64,000 nucleotides of DNA from a virus. The notes below the pieces were generated by a model. It made no database searches, was not told the DNA's origin, and was given only the letters and a program-made list of their open reading frames with translations. The stretch is taken from the IMG/VR virus record IMGVR_UViG_3300034121_001395; one strand, written 5' to 3'. The position numbers were made by a program, and so were the translations under genes. This document shows, in pieces, positions 1-11,962 of the stretch. The first letter of the stretch is position 1; every line of letters starts with the position of its first letter.

Positions 1-396
1 GAGATTGCAATTGCGGATGGCGCACCAGTTGGTCCATCGCATGACGAAATTGTGCTGCACGCTGAGGAAGATTATCGATTTGCTCGTGAACGTATTAAAA
101 AACTTATAGACACGAGTGATGAGGCCATAAGTACAATGCATGCTCTTGCAAGTGATGCTGAACATCCACGCGCATTCGAAGTCCTTGCTGGCATGATAAA
201 AACTGCAGCTGATATAAATGGACAGTTATTAGGACTGCAAAAAGAACGCAAAAAAATTATACAGGTTGACGATAAACGAGGACAACCTGCTGCTCAAAGT
301 ACTACAAATAATGCTATATTTGTTGGCACCACTACAGAACTGCAAAAGTTGTTGAGAGGTGATGCTAATAGAGATGAACCTATTGATGTTGAATGA
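1..396 (+). CDS. gp16: Terminase small subunit (5'-truncated; frame open from base 1)
   Basis: HPRAFEVLAGMIK and TTNNAIFVGTTTELQKLL motifs of T4-like gp16; immediately precedes terL. Confidence 0.9.
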   Translation, partial: EIAIADGAPVGPSHDEIVLHAEEDYRFARERIKKLIDTSDEAISTMHALASDAEHPRAFEVLAGMIKTAADINGQLLGLQKERKKIIQVDDKRGQPAAQSTTNNAIFVGTTTELQKLLRGDANRDEPIDVE

Positions 397-1286
397 CTAC
401 TCCAGATTCGTATAATGGCAATCCATATATCAAGAGAGACGGTATTCAACAACAGTTTACCGCTCATGAAATATCTGAGTATAAAAAATGTATGGCGAGT
501 GTGTCATACTTTGCTGAACACTATGTAAAGGTTATAAATCTTGATCGTGGACTCGTAAATTTTAAGTTGCGCGGCTATCAAGAAAAGATGGTCGATCACT
601 TTACGCACAACAGATTTAGTATTGTACTTGCGTGTCGTCAAAGCGGAAAGTCTGTGACAAGTGTTGCATGGTTGTTACATTATGCAATATTTAACCCTGA
701 TAAGAAAATAGGTATACTAGCAAACAAAGGGGCGACTGCGCGTGAGATGTTGAGTCGTCTTACACTTATGCTTGAAAACTTACCATTTTTCTTGCAACCT
801 GGTTGCAAAATCCTAAATAAAGGAAACATAAAATTTAGTAATAACTCTGAAGTTATTGCTGCAGCAACAAGTGGTTCAAGTATTCGTGGCTTGTCAATGA
901 ATGTTATCTTCCTTGACGAGTTTGCGTTCGTGCATGGAGCAAACGAGTTTTATACGAGTACCTACCCAGTTATTTCTTCTGGTAAAGATACAAAGGTTAT
1001 AATAACGAGCACTCCTAATGGAGTTGGTAATATGTTTTATAAGCTTTGGGAGGGAGCAATACAGGGCACAAATGAGTTTCAATCATTTACAATTCGTTGG
1101 AATGATGTGCCAGGACGAGATGAGGAATGGAAACGTCAGACAATTGCAAACAGTAGTGAACTACAATTTACTCAGGAATTTGAATGTTTATCAGGTGATT
1201 CTGAAGTTGATGTTATTATAAATAACAAAAAAGTTAAAGTCAAACTTAAGAATTTATATGAAACATATCCTTTACAAAATAACTAG
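393..1286 (+). CDS. gp17: Terminase large subunit N-half (ATPase domain) fused to a 33-aa split-intein N-fragment (1185-1283)
   Basis: YNGNP start, RQSGKS Walker A, FLDEFAF Walker B, ITSTPNG motif; ends QEFE|CLSGDSEVDVII, an intein block A. Confidence 0.95.
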   Translation: MTTPDSYNGNPYIKRDGIQQQFTAHEISEYKKCMASVSYFAEHYVKVINLDRGLVNFKLRGYQEKMVDHFTHNRFSIVLACRQSGKSVTSVAWLLHYAIFNPDKKIGILANKGATAREMLSRLTLMLENLPFFLQPGCKILNKGNIKFSNNSEVIAAATSGSSIRGLSMNVIFLDEFAFVHGANEFYTSTYPVISSGKDTKVIITSTPNGVGNMFYKLWEGAIQGTNEFQSFTIRWNDVPGRDEEWKRQTIANSSELQFTQEFECLSGDSEVDVIINNKKVKVKLKNLYETYPLQNN

Positions 1287-1893
1287 AAGTGATGGTCAAA
1301 AATATATTGGTATCACTATTGATTATAGACTAAAAAATAGAATGTCCCAACATAAAATAAGTGATAAATTTAAAGGTTATGATTTTGAATATGAAATATT
1401 GCTAGAATCTGATGATAGATCTGTCATTGAAATAGCAGAAGAAAAAGCAATAGATGAATATGATACATTTAATAATGGATTAAATTCTACTAAAAGCGGA
1501 AAAGGGTATGGACACAATTCATCGTCATTTACTACATTTGGTTATAAATTCGACGATGAATCTAGACAGAAAATGTCTTTAGCAGCAAAGGGACGAGCTA
1601 AGCGTGAAGGATTTGAAATTAGATCTAATAGAAGTAAAAAATTTTATAATGATAATCCAGAAGTGCGAGAAAAAATATCAAAAAATAGACGTGGAAAAAA
1701 GGCGGCATTTAAATTAAATGATAATGATATTGCTCTACTAATAGAACAATATACTACGTTTGACCATCCAGATATTGGTAAAAAATCAAAAAATGGAAGA
1801 ATACTTACCAAACAAAGAGTTTTTTCCAATGTTATTGCTCGTTTTTTTAATGTCACTCCAGTTGCAATATATGGGTATGTAAAAGATTTGTAG
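1258..1893 (+). CDS. Free-standing GIY-YIG homing endonuclease between the terL halves
   Basis: ILYKIT...KYIGIT N-terminus, NGLNST motif, basic NUMOD-like tail; AT-rich; overlaps the end of IntN. Confidence 0.85.
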   Translation: MKHILYKITRSDGQKYIGITIDYRLKNRMSQHKISDKFKGYDFEYEILLESDDRSVIEIAEEKAIDEYDTFNNGLNSTKSGKGYGHNSSSFTTFGYKFDDESRQKMSLAAKGRAKREGFEIRSNRSKKFYNDNPEVREKISKNRRGKKAAFKLNDNDIALLIEQYTTFDHPDIGKKSKNGRILTKQRVFSNVIARFFNVTPVAIYGYVKDL

Positions 1894-1894
1894 T

Positions 1895-3013
1895 ATGCAA
1901 AACGTTTTAATTAAAAATGGTGATGGTGAATATGTTAAATTTGATGGTGTGCGAAAAACTGTACACGACAAATATATCAAATTAACACTATCTACAAATA
2001 AAATCATAAAATGTTCAGTTGATCATAGATTTGTCGTTAATGATAATATTATTTTCGCTAACAGATTAGAGATTGGAGACCATATAAACTCTAATAATAA
2101 AATTATTCATATTGAAATCGTTAACGAATCAATTGATTTATATGATCCCATTAATGTTAGCAATTCTCATACCTTTTATCATGATGACAATATCATTTCA
2201 CATAATTGTAATTTTATTGGCAGTAGTCAAACATTAATAGGTTCAGACACTCTATTGGGGCTGCAATCATATGATCCGTTGCAATTACAACATGGCATAC
2301 GCTATTATATTGAACCAATTGAAGGTCATGACTATATAATAACCGCAGATGTCAGTAAAGGACGCGGTCAAGATTACAGCACTTTTACAGTATTTGATAT
2401 ATCTGGAGTTGATGGTGTCTTTAAACAGGTGTGTACCTATAGAGATAATCTTGTGTCTCCACTTATGTTTCCAGAATTTATTGTTCGTGCCGCGAAAACA
2501 TACAATGATGCGCTTGTAATAGTTGAAAACAATGATGCTGGACAAGTTGTGTGTAATGCAATCTATTATGACTATGAATATGACAATACTTTTGTGCAAA
2601 GCTCAGTAAAAAGCAGTGGCATTGGGGTGACTATGACAAAACGTGTAAAACGTATTGGTTGTAGTAACTTAAAAGACCTGCTTGAGAGTGGTAAACTTCA
2701 ACTATGTGACGCAGACACAATAGTTGAACTCAGCAGTTTTGAACCAAAGGGAGACAGCTATGCAGCTCGTGGAAACACACATGACGATATGGTTATGAAT
2801 CTTGTACTCTTTGCTTGGTTTGTAAGTACAGATGCGTTTGGAGGACTCAGTAATATTGAACTAAAATCACTGCTCTATAGTGAAAAAATTAAAGAGATGG
2901 AAGAGGACTTGCCTCCATTTGGTATATTTGATACTCCACAAACATCACAAACTCCTAGCATGATTGACTATGAACGCCAAGTGTCATCGCTTCAAGAGTG
3001 GAATGCGCTGTAA
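1895..3013 (+). CDS. gp17: 104-aa split-intein C-fragment (1895-2206) fused to terminase large subunit C-half (nuclease domain)
   Basis: Block B CSVDH, block F LYDPINV, terminal SHN followed by CNFIGSSQTLI; nuclease motifs ADVSKGRGQDYS and HDDMVM. Confidence 0.95.
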   Translation: MQNVLIKNGDGEYVKFDGVRKTVHDKYIKLTLSTNKIIKCSVDHRFVVNDNIIFANRLEIGDHINSNNKIIHIEIVNESIDLYDPINVSNSHTFYHDDNIISHNCNFIGSSQTLIGSDTLLGLQSYDPLQLQHGIRYYIEPIEGHDYIITADVSKGRGQDYSTFTVFDISGVDGVFKQVCTYRDNLVSPLMFPEFIVRAAKTYNDALVIVENNDAGQVVCNAIYYDYEYDNTFVQSSVKSSGIGVTMTKRVKRIGCSNLKDLLESGKLQLCDADTIVELSSFEPKGDSYAARGNTHDDMVMNLVLFAWFVSTDAFGGLSNIELKSLLYSEKIKEMEEDLPPFGIFDTPQTSQTPSMIDYERQVSSLQEWNAL

Positions 3014-3024
3014 AAGTGACTTTT

Positions 3025-3032
3025 TATAAATA
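3025..3032 (+). promoter_or_regulatory. T4-type late promoter TATAAATA (others at 4828, 5410, 11076, 11274, 16640, 29791, 30943, 31877, 51529, 57139, 57160, 59234, 61461, 63442)
   Basis: Exact T4 late consensus just upstream of structural and late genes; gp55 is encoded in the window. Confidence 0.85.
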
Positions 3033-3104
3033 TCGATAGATTGAATTTTTCTTATTATGCAACTTAAACTTATAATTACAACACTGAAAGAAAGATAAAA
3101 ATAT

Positions 3105-4820
3105 ATGGCAACCTTACAAAGCGTAGGAGTGCAAGTCACAGAAACAGACTTGACACCAGTAACACAACCAGTATCAGCATCAGTCGGAGCGTATGTCGGT
3201 CACTTTAATTGGGGTCCAGCAGACGAAGTTACTAATGTTGGTTCTGAAACGGCATTAGGAAAACTCTTTGGCACACCAAGTAAAAGTGATGATGTCAATG
3301 CGGCGTCATTCCTAACTGCAGAAAGTTTTCTTAAATATGGAAATTCGTTGAGAGCAATTCGTACAGTTGATAGCGCTACAGCAAAAAATGCTGCTGCCGT
3401 TGCTGGTTATGAAGGCACATCTGAATTTGCCACATTAATTAAAAACAAAACACAATTTGATAATTTATCAACAAATGAATTACAAGCTCCATTGTACTCA
3501 CGTTACCCTGGTGAACTTGGTAATTCATTAAGTGTACAAATTTTTCATAAAGACAACCAAGGGACTACTTCAGTAGAATCTAAAAAGTTCTTCACTAATT
3601 TAGCTGATACTACTCTTTGGGCAGAGGAAGTTGCCGAAACACAACTAGCTTCAGACGAAATTCATATTGCAGTTTATGATGAAAAAGGATTAATTAGCGG
3701 AACAAAGGGTACAGTACTTGAAACCTGGCAAGGTCTTTCATTGCATCCAGATGCGCGCAATTCAAATGGTTCCAATAACTATTGGGCTGATGTAATTAAC
3801 CTCGGTTCAGAATTTATCTATGTAACAGCTCCACTTGACGTCGCATCATTATCAACTGATACATATTCTTTGTCTGGAATTGGATTTTATTCCTTTGTTG
3901 GTGGTGCTAATGGAACAAGAGACATTGATAATGTAGTTAATTCTTTAAGCATACTAGAAGACACTGATAATATTGATGTTAATTTGATATTTGCTGAAGC
4001 ATTTATTGGTGATAATGCAAATGAAATTAATGCAGCATTAATTTCAGTTGTTGAGAATCGCAAAGATTCTATTGCATTTTTATCGGCTCCACTTAACTTA
4101 TACACACTATCAACAGATGATGCAAAATTAACTGCACTTAAAACCGCAAAGGAATCATTTTCATCTACAAGCAATAGCATTTTAAGTTACACAGTATTTG
4201 ATAGTACTCCTGTATATGTGTACAATAAGTACGCTGATCGTTATGAGTGGGTTCCAGCATGCGGTCATATGGCAGGTCTCTGTGCATACACTGATGAAAT
4301 CTCTGATCCATGGTTCTCACCAGCAGGATTTAATCGTGGTCAATTGCGTGGAGTCACTAAGTTGGCATACAATCCAAAAAGTATTGATCGTGATGATTTA
4401 TACAACTCTAATATCAATCCAATTGTGAACGTTACTGGCCAAGGGATTATTCTCTATGGAGACAAAACCGGCCAAACACGTCCAAGTGCATTTGATCGTA
4501 TAAACGTGCGTCGTCTTTTCATCACAATACAACGTGTGTGTGCACAAGCTGCTAAATTCCAGTTGTTTGAATTAAACGATGAATTTACTCGTAATGCATT
4601 TATTAATACGATTGACCCATACTTACGAGACGTTCAAGGACGTCGTGGTATTACTGACTATAAGGTTGTATGTAATGAAACAAATAATACACCGCAAGTA
4701 ATTGATACCAATCGTTTCGTGGCTGACATCTATATCAAACCTGCTCGTTCAATTAATTATATTTCACTTAATTTTATTGCAACACGCACTGGTATATCAT
4801 TCACTGAAATTGGAGCATAA
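3105..4820 (+). CDS. gp18: Tail sheath protein
   Basis: GVQVTETDLT start, FNWGP, PWFSPAGFNRG, FDRINVRRLF, IKPARSINYISLNF. Confidence 0.97.
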   Translation: MATLQSVGVQVTETDLTPVTQPVSASVGAYVGHFNWGPADEVTNVGSETALGKLFGTPSKSDDVNAASFLTAESFLKYGNSLRAIRTVDSATAKNAAAVAGYEGTSEFATLIKNKTQFDNLSTNELQAPLYSRYPGELGNSLSVQIFHKDNQGTTSVESKKFFTNLADTTLWAEEVAETQLASDEIHIAVYDEKGLISGTKGTVLETWQGLSLHPDARNSNGSNNYWADVINLGSEFIYVTAPLDVASLSTDTYSLSGIGFYSFVGGANGTRDIDNVVNSLSILEDTDNIDVNLIFAEAFIGDNANEINAALISVVENRKDSIAFLSAPLNLYTLSTDDAKLTALKTAKESFSSTSNSILSYTVFDSTPVYVYNKYADRYEWVPACGHMAGLCAYTDEISDPWFSPAGFNRGQLRGVTKLAYNPKSIDRDDLYNSNINPIVNVTGQGIILYGDKTGQTRPSAFDRINVRRLFITIQRVCAQAAKFQLFELNDEFTRNAFINTIDPYLRDVQGRRGITDYKVVCNETNNTPQVIDTNRFVADIYIKPARSINYISLNFIATRTGISFTEIGA

Positions 4821-4856
4821 TAAAACGTATAAATACTAAATATATAGAAAAATACA

Positions 4857-5396
4857 ATGAGTAATTTATCACAATTTAAAAATCAATTTTTAGGTGGAGC
4901 TCGTCCAAATCTATTTGAAGCAGAAATTTATTTTCCAAGCAATGTTGCCAGTGGTGCTACGGCATCATTAAAGTCACGTTTCTTAGTTAAGGCTGCACAA
5001 CTTCCAAGTAGTATTATTGCTCCTATTGAAGTGCCATATCGTGGACGTAAATTAAAAGTTGCTGGAGATCGTACATTTGAACCATGGACAATCACAGTAA
5101 TTAATGACAGCAAAATGGAAATTCGCAACGCGTTTGAAAACTGGATGAATTTGATTAATCGTCATGCTTCAAACACAAGTGCGTACACTGCTGCTCCACT
5201 TGGTTACTACAAAGACCTGCACATCAAACAATTAACACGTGAAGATGCAAACCCTACGAAAAAATATACATTCGTGGGTGCATTTCCAACAAATATAGGT
5301 GCAATTGAGCTTAATTACGAAACTAATGATACTGTAGAAGAATTTACAGTTGAATTAAACTATCAGTATTGGACTTCTGATAGTACTATTGGGTAA
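4857..5396 (+). CDS. gp19: Tail tube protein
   Basis: GGARPNLFE, GRKLKVAGDRTFEPWTITVIND, EEFTVELNYQYW. Confidence 0.97.
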   Translation: MSNLSQFKNQFLGGARPNLFEAEIYFPSNVASGATASLKSRFLVKAAQLPSSIIAPIEVPYRGRKLKVAGDRTFEPWTITVINDSKMEIRNAFENWMNLINRHASNTSAYTAAPLGYYKDLHIKQLTREDANPTKKYTFVGAFPTNIGAIELNYETNDTVEEFTVELNYQYWTSDSTIG

Positions 5397-5423
5397 TTAG
5401 TTTTTGCACTATAAATATATATT

Positions 5424-7049
5424 ATGAAGCTATTTGGCTATGAAATATCAAAGGTAATCAATAAAAAAGATACCTCAGAACTTAATACAGTACCATCGTT
5501 TTCAGCTCCAATTGAAAACGATGGTACTTCTGTTATAACGTCATCGGCTACTGCCGGTTATTATGGACAGGTACTTGACATTGATGGTACTGCTCTTACA
5601 AATGAAAAGGATCTGATTTTAAAATGTCGTGCGGCATCAACTCAACCAGAATGTGACTCTGCCATATCAGATATTATAAATGCGTCAATCATCTCAGACT
5701 CTGATGGCTCTCCAGTTAACCTAGTACTTGATAATCTAGAACAACCTGAAAACATCAAGAAAAAGATTCTTGAAGAATTTGCTACAATTACTAAACTGTT
5801 ATCATTTAACTACAACGGGCAAGACATCTTTAGAAAGTGGTATATTGATGGTAAGGTTTATTACCACATGATGGTTGACCCTAAAAAGCCAAAAGAAGGT
5901 ATCAAGGAACTGCGTGCGATTGATCCATTAAAAATTAAAAAGGTCAAAGAAATAACGACCAAAGTTGATAAAGTTACTGGAGTAAAAACTTCAGATGTTA
6001 CCGCAGAATATTTCTTATATTCAGACGACTTTAACAGTAACAGTGGCTTTAAGATTGACCCTAATAGTATAGTCTATGCTCCGTCTGGACTACTTGATGA
6101 AAGCAATAAGTTTGCAGTTTCATATCTACACAAGAGTGTAAAGTTGGTTAACCAATTGCGTATGATGGAAGACGCACTTGTGATCTATCGTATATCGCGC
6201 GCACCAGAACGTCGTATTTTCTATATTGATATTGGTAACTTGCCAAAGGGTAAGGCTGAAGAGTATGTCCAGGGAATTATGGCGAAATATCGCAATAAAC
6301 TTGTCTATGACGCAAACACCGGTGAAATACGTGATGATCGTAAAAGCATGAGTATGCTTGAAGACTTTTGGTTGCCTCGTCGTGAAGGTGGTCGTGGCAC
6401 AGAAATTACTACACTCCCGGGCGGAGACAATCTCAGCCAGATTGAAGACGTAATTTTCTTTCAAAAGAAACTTTATCGCTCACTAAATGTACCAGTTAAT
6501 CGCCTTGAGAGTGAAACTGGATTTAATATTGGTAGGGCGAGTGAGATATCACGTGAAGAGGTCAAGTTCCAAAAGTTCATCAACCGGTTACGTAAAAAGT
6601 TTTCAATGCTCTTTATTGAAGCACTGCGAGTGCAGTTGTTATTAAAAGGAATATGCACTACAGATGATTGGGAAACTATACGCGAAGGCATTTCGGTTGA
6701 CTATATTGAAGACAACTATTTTTCGGAATTAAAAGACTTTGAGATTATGCGGGAACGTATAAACATGCTTGATACTATAAGTTCTCATATTGGCAAATAC
6801 TATAGTGACAAGTGGGTGCGCAGCAATGTACTTAATCAATCTGAAGCTGATATTGAGCGCATGAACGCTGAGATCTCTGAAGAAAAACCTGCTGAAGAGT
6901 CTCCACCAGAGGAGTCTAGCGGAGATGAAGAGTCAGTAAATTTTGAAAGCACCTCAGGCGACACATATATAGATAATAGTCATAAAGAAGAAATTCATGA
7001 AGCTCAATTAAAAATGATTGAGAGTATGACTAAAATTCTAGAAGAATAG
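5424..7049 (+). CDS. gp20: Portal vertex protein
   Basis: RAPERRIFYIDIGNLPKGKAEEY, MLEDFWLPRREGGRGTEITTLPGG. Confidence 0.98.
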   Translation: MKLFGYEISKVINKKDTSELNTVPSFSAPIENDGTSVITSSATAGYYGQVLDIDGTALTNEKDLILKCRAASTQPECDSAISDIINASIISDSDGSPVNLVLDNLEQPENIKKKILEEFATITKLLSFNYNGQDIFRKWYIDGKVYYHMMVDPKKPKEGIKELRAIDPLKIKKVKEITTKVDKVTGVKTSDVTAEYFLYSDDFNSNSGFKIDPNSIVYAPSGLLDESNKFAVSYLHKSVKLVNQLRMMEDALVIYRISRAPERRIFYIDIGNLPKGKAEEYVQGIMAKYRNKLVYDANTGEIRDDRKSMSMLEDFWLPRREGGRGTEITTLPGGDNLSQIEDVIFFQKKLYRSLNVPVNRLESETGFNIGRASEISREEVKFQKFINRLRKKFSMLFIEALRVQLLLKGICTTDDWETIREGISVDYIEDNYFSELKDFEIMRERINMLDTISSHIGKYYSDKWVRSNVLNQSEADIERMNAEISEEKPAEESPPEESSGDEESVNFESTSGDTYIDNSHKEEIHEAQLKMIESMTKILEE

Positions 7050-7053
7050 CTCT

Positions 7054-8741
<1,688 letters not shown>

Positions 8742-8745
<4 letters not shown>

Positions 8746-10640
8746 TTATTTTACAACCAACACGTAGTTTACTTTCTAGTTGTGATCAGTTGGCACTTGA
8801 GTTACAAATCGCTGCTGATAAGTCTTATAGCATTGATCCAAATAATCCAGCTGGATTTCTAATAAATTCAAGAGTTGGTCCACCTGCAACATTTTCACGA
8901 GCTTCAGGCGCAACCGAAGTAGATAGCGCTGGACGCATAGTATTTTCTAATGAAAATTTTGCACTATACTCAAATGAAATTATATTAAACAGAGGGTGGG
9001 CTTTAGGAGCTACTACATCTACACTAAGTGGAACCGCTCCGCTTGGTGGAAATGCTTATCTGATTACAGAAACTACAGATAATGCATTACATAACTGCGC
9101 TTCATATGGATCTACTACAAATATTGGTGCAATAACTACAATGCTAGGAATGATCTATACTGGCTCGCTCTTTGTAAAAAAAGTAGAGGGTAGCATTGAT
9201 TGGATTCAAATTACTATGGGTAGTGGTGGGTTTGGAACTGCACAATATGCAAATTTTAATATTGCCAATGGAACAGTTGGTAACTTTGCAAATTTAGCTC
9301 CTGGCACAACACCTACTATCGAAGCGTATGGCGATGGTTGGTATCGAGTAAGTATAGCTGCAGTAGCGACTGCTAACACAACAAACTCTGTTGCATTTTC
9401 TCTAGGTTTTATCAATAATATAAATGGTACGGTACGACTTCCTGTTTATGCTGGAAATCCAGCTAATCGAGTGTTTGCTGCTATGGGACAGTTTCAAAGA
9501 AACTCTTTTACTGGACCATATATCTTAACAACCACTTCGCCACGATTTGCTCCATCATTTTATCATGATCCGGCGTCTCTGCAAAGTCGAGGACTCTATA
9601 CAGAAGAAGGCAGAACCAATATAGTTCGACAAAGCGAAGCCTTTGAAACAACTTGGACGCGATCTGCTATAACTATTTCCTCAAATGTTGAAATATCACC
9701 ATCTGGAGATCGTACTGCAGATAGACTTATTGAAGATGCCTCAACTGCTGCGCACGGTATAGCGCAAAACATAACATATACTGCAACTCCTCATACATTT
9801 AGTCTCTATGCAAAAGCCGGTACAAGAAACTGGATACGATTAGGATTTGGAAATCCAACTCCAGACAATGTATGGTTTAATCTTGCTAATGGAACTATTG
9901 GAACAATATCAACTGGATTTTCTGCTTCTATGCAAAATGCTGGAAATGGTTGGTGGAGGTGTATAATAACGCGAACGCCAACTGCTGGTTTATTGAGTAC
10001 ATACATGCGTATTGCGTCTGCGGATGGAAACATAAGCTATCCTGGAAATGGATCTGGAGATGTTTATCTTTGGGGTGCACAGGTTGAACCTGGACCTTTT
10101 GTCACTCGATACAATCCAACTACGAATGCTAATACTATTCGCAGTGTTGATGTTTGTGATATTAATGGTGCAGGATTCGCTGAGATGTACAACCCACTTG
10201 AAGGCACATTATGTGTATCAGCAATTTTCAATGCTCCTATTAATTACTCAACTTCACAAATGTTGGTGGATATAAATGATACTACTGTATCAAATCGCTT
10301 AAGAATATTTAGACAAAATAGTACTGGATATAGTGGATTTAACAATACATCTAATTCGATAACAAATGTTTCAATTACTACTTCGGTTGCAGCTCAGCCG
10401 TTTGAGATTCAAAAATATTCTGTAGGATTTAAACAGAATGATTATGCGTTCTACGCTAACAATACTTTGATTGGAACAGACACTGATGGTGCGATGCCCA
10501 TCTCTCCAACCACGTTGACTATTGGTGATGCTGCAGTTGGGTTTTCGCGATTATACACCAATGGAATAATCTCCTCTATTCGATACTATCGTCGCCGATT
10601 GCCGAACCCTAAACTTCTGGCTCTCACACAGCCAGATTAG
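8742..10640 (+). CDS. Head spike/fibre-like protein with two carbohydrate-binding-like repeats and a LamG-like C-terminus
   Basis: FSRASGAT, GLYTEEGRTN, duplicated GDGWYRV/GNGWWRC modules, WGAQVE, NGIISSIRYY. Confidence 0.65.
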
Positions 10641-10657
10641 ATTTATAATCTTTACTT

Positions 10658-11050
10658 ATGATTGACTATATACTTAAATTTCCATCTAAAGAAGTCGCTC
10701 AACAGTTTGGACTCGCTAATGGTTTTGCTGTCCAAAATGAAAGTGGGGATATAGTCTCGCGTCTGGCAAGTTATGAGCATGCGTTGTATGAGATTGGAGA
10801 ACATTTTATTGCACAGCAGACAGACATCGTCGATGAGTCTGAAACAGAAAGCATTATTGAACAGCCAGCATTAATTGGTGACGGCCGATATTGGGTTCTT
10901 TTTCGTGATTTAGTAGGGATTCCAATTCCCGATGGAGCAGATCAGTTTATCTATTGGTCATCTAATCAAACATTTTTAAAGGATGACCAAGAAGTATATG
11001 TCTCTAGACCAATAGAAGATCCAAATGTTCCAAATATATTTTGGGCATAA
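10658..11050 (+). CDS. Hypothetical protein, probable partner of the spike/fibre protein
   Basis: MIDYILKF start and PNIFWA end; position directly after the fibre gene. Confidence 0.5.
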   Translation: MIDYILKFPSKEVAQQFGLANGFAVQNESGDIVSRLASYEHALYEIGEHFIAQQTDIVDESETESIIEQPALIGDGRYWVLFRDLVGIPIPDGADQFIYWSSNQTFLKDDQEVYVSRPIEDPNVPNIFWA

Positions 11051-11091
11051 TTATTAAAGTTGAAATCATAAAATGTATAAATAGTTAAAGT

Positions 11092-11262
11092 ATGGAAAAA
11101 ACAAAAGAATTTATTGACAGCCTAATGAATGGTCAAAAAGAGACCTCAAATTCATTATTCTCTGGCATGATACGTGATAAAGTTCGTACAGTATTAGATA
11201 TCAAAAAGGTTGAACTATCAGCAAATATCTATAACGCTTCACAGCCACAAAGTGAAGTATAA
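11092..11262 (+). CDS. Small prohead core protein (gp67-like), 56 aa, absent from the ORF track
   Basis: MEKTKEFIDSLMNG...KVRTVLDIKKVELSANIY; own late promoter at 11076; lies before gp21 as T4 gp67 does. Confidence 0.7.
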   Translation: MEKTKEFIDSLMNGQKETSNSLFSGMIRDKVRTVLDIKKVELSANIYNASQPQSEV

Positions 11263-11297
11263 ACGTTAATTTTTATAAATAAATACACAACAATCGA

Positions 11298-11942
11298 ATG
11301 AAGTTAATTACCGAACATTCAGAAGATTTAAGATATATCTCAGAAGCTGCCGACAATGGTGAAAAGAAATTCATCATTGACGGTATTTTTATGCAAGCTG
11401 AACAGGTGAATCGTAATCGCCGTATATATCCAAAAACAGTTTTAGAAAAAGCCGTGCGTAAATACGTCGCGGAATATGTTAATAAAGGACGTGCTGTAGG
11501 TGAGCTTAATCACCCAGAAGGTCCTACTATTAACCTTGATAAAGTTTCACATCGCATTACCGAACTGCAATGGAACGGCAATGATGTTGTTGGAAAGGCG
11601 CTTATACTTGACACACCGATGGGTAAAATTGTGAAAGGACTTTTAGAAGGTGGTTGTCAACTAGGCGTCTCTAGTCGTGGTATGGGAACCGTTGCGAGTA
11701 AAAACGGCCAATCCTTTGTTAATGACGACTTTGTGTTGTCAACAGTTGATATTGTTCAAGACCCAAGTGCTCCATCTGCTTTTGTAAATGGAATTATGGA
11801 AGGTGTCGAATGGATCTGGGACAATGGTTTGTTAAAGGCGCAACAACTTGAAAATTATGAGACAGAAATCAAAAAGGCCTCTTCTGCAAGTCTTGCCGAA
11901 GCACAAACAAAAATCTGGACTGATTTCCTCTCCAAACTCTAA
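11298..11942 (+). CDS. gp21: Prohead protease
   Basis: MKLITE, NRNRRIYP, GELNHP, GVSSRGMG, DIVQDPSAPSAFVNGIME. Confidence 0.97.
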   Translation: MKLITEHSEDLRYISEAADNGEKKFIIDGIFMQAEQVNRNRRIYPKTVLEKAVRKYVAEYVNKGRAVGELNHPEGPTINLDKVSHRITELQWNGNDVVGKALILDTPMGKIVKGLLEGGCQLGVSSRGMGTVASKNGQSFVNDDFVLSTVDIVQDPSAPSAFVNGIMEGVEWIWDNGLLKAQQLENYETEIKKASSASLAEAQTKIWTDFLSKL

Positions 11943-11962
11943 ACAATAGAAAAAAGTAATAT

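Noticed and set aside
1185-2206. One contiguous intein with an internal endonuclease broken by sequencing errors
   Set aside because: It would need two independent errors; each part has its own start and stop, and the layout matches known fractured terL loci. Reads would settle it.
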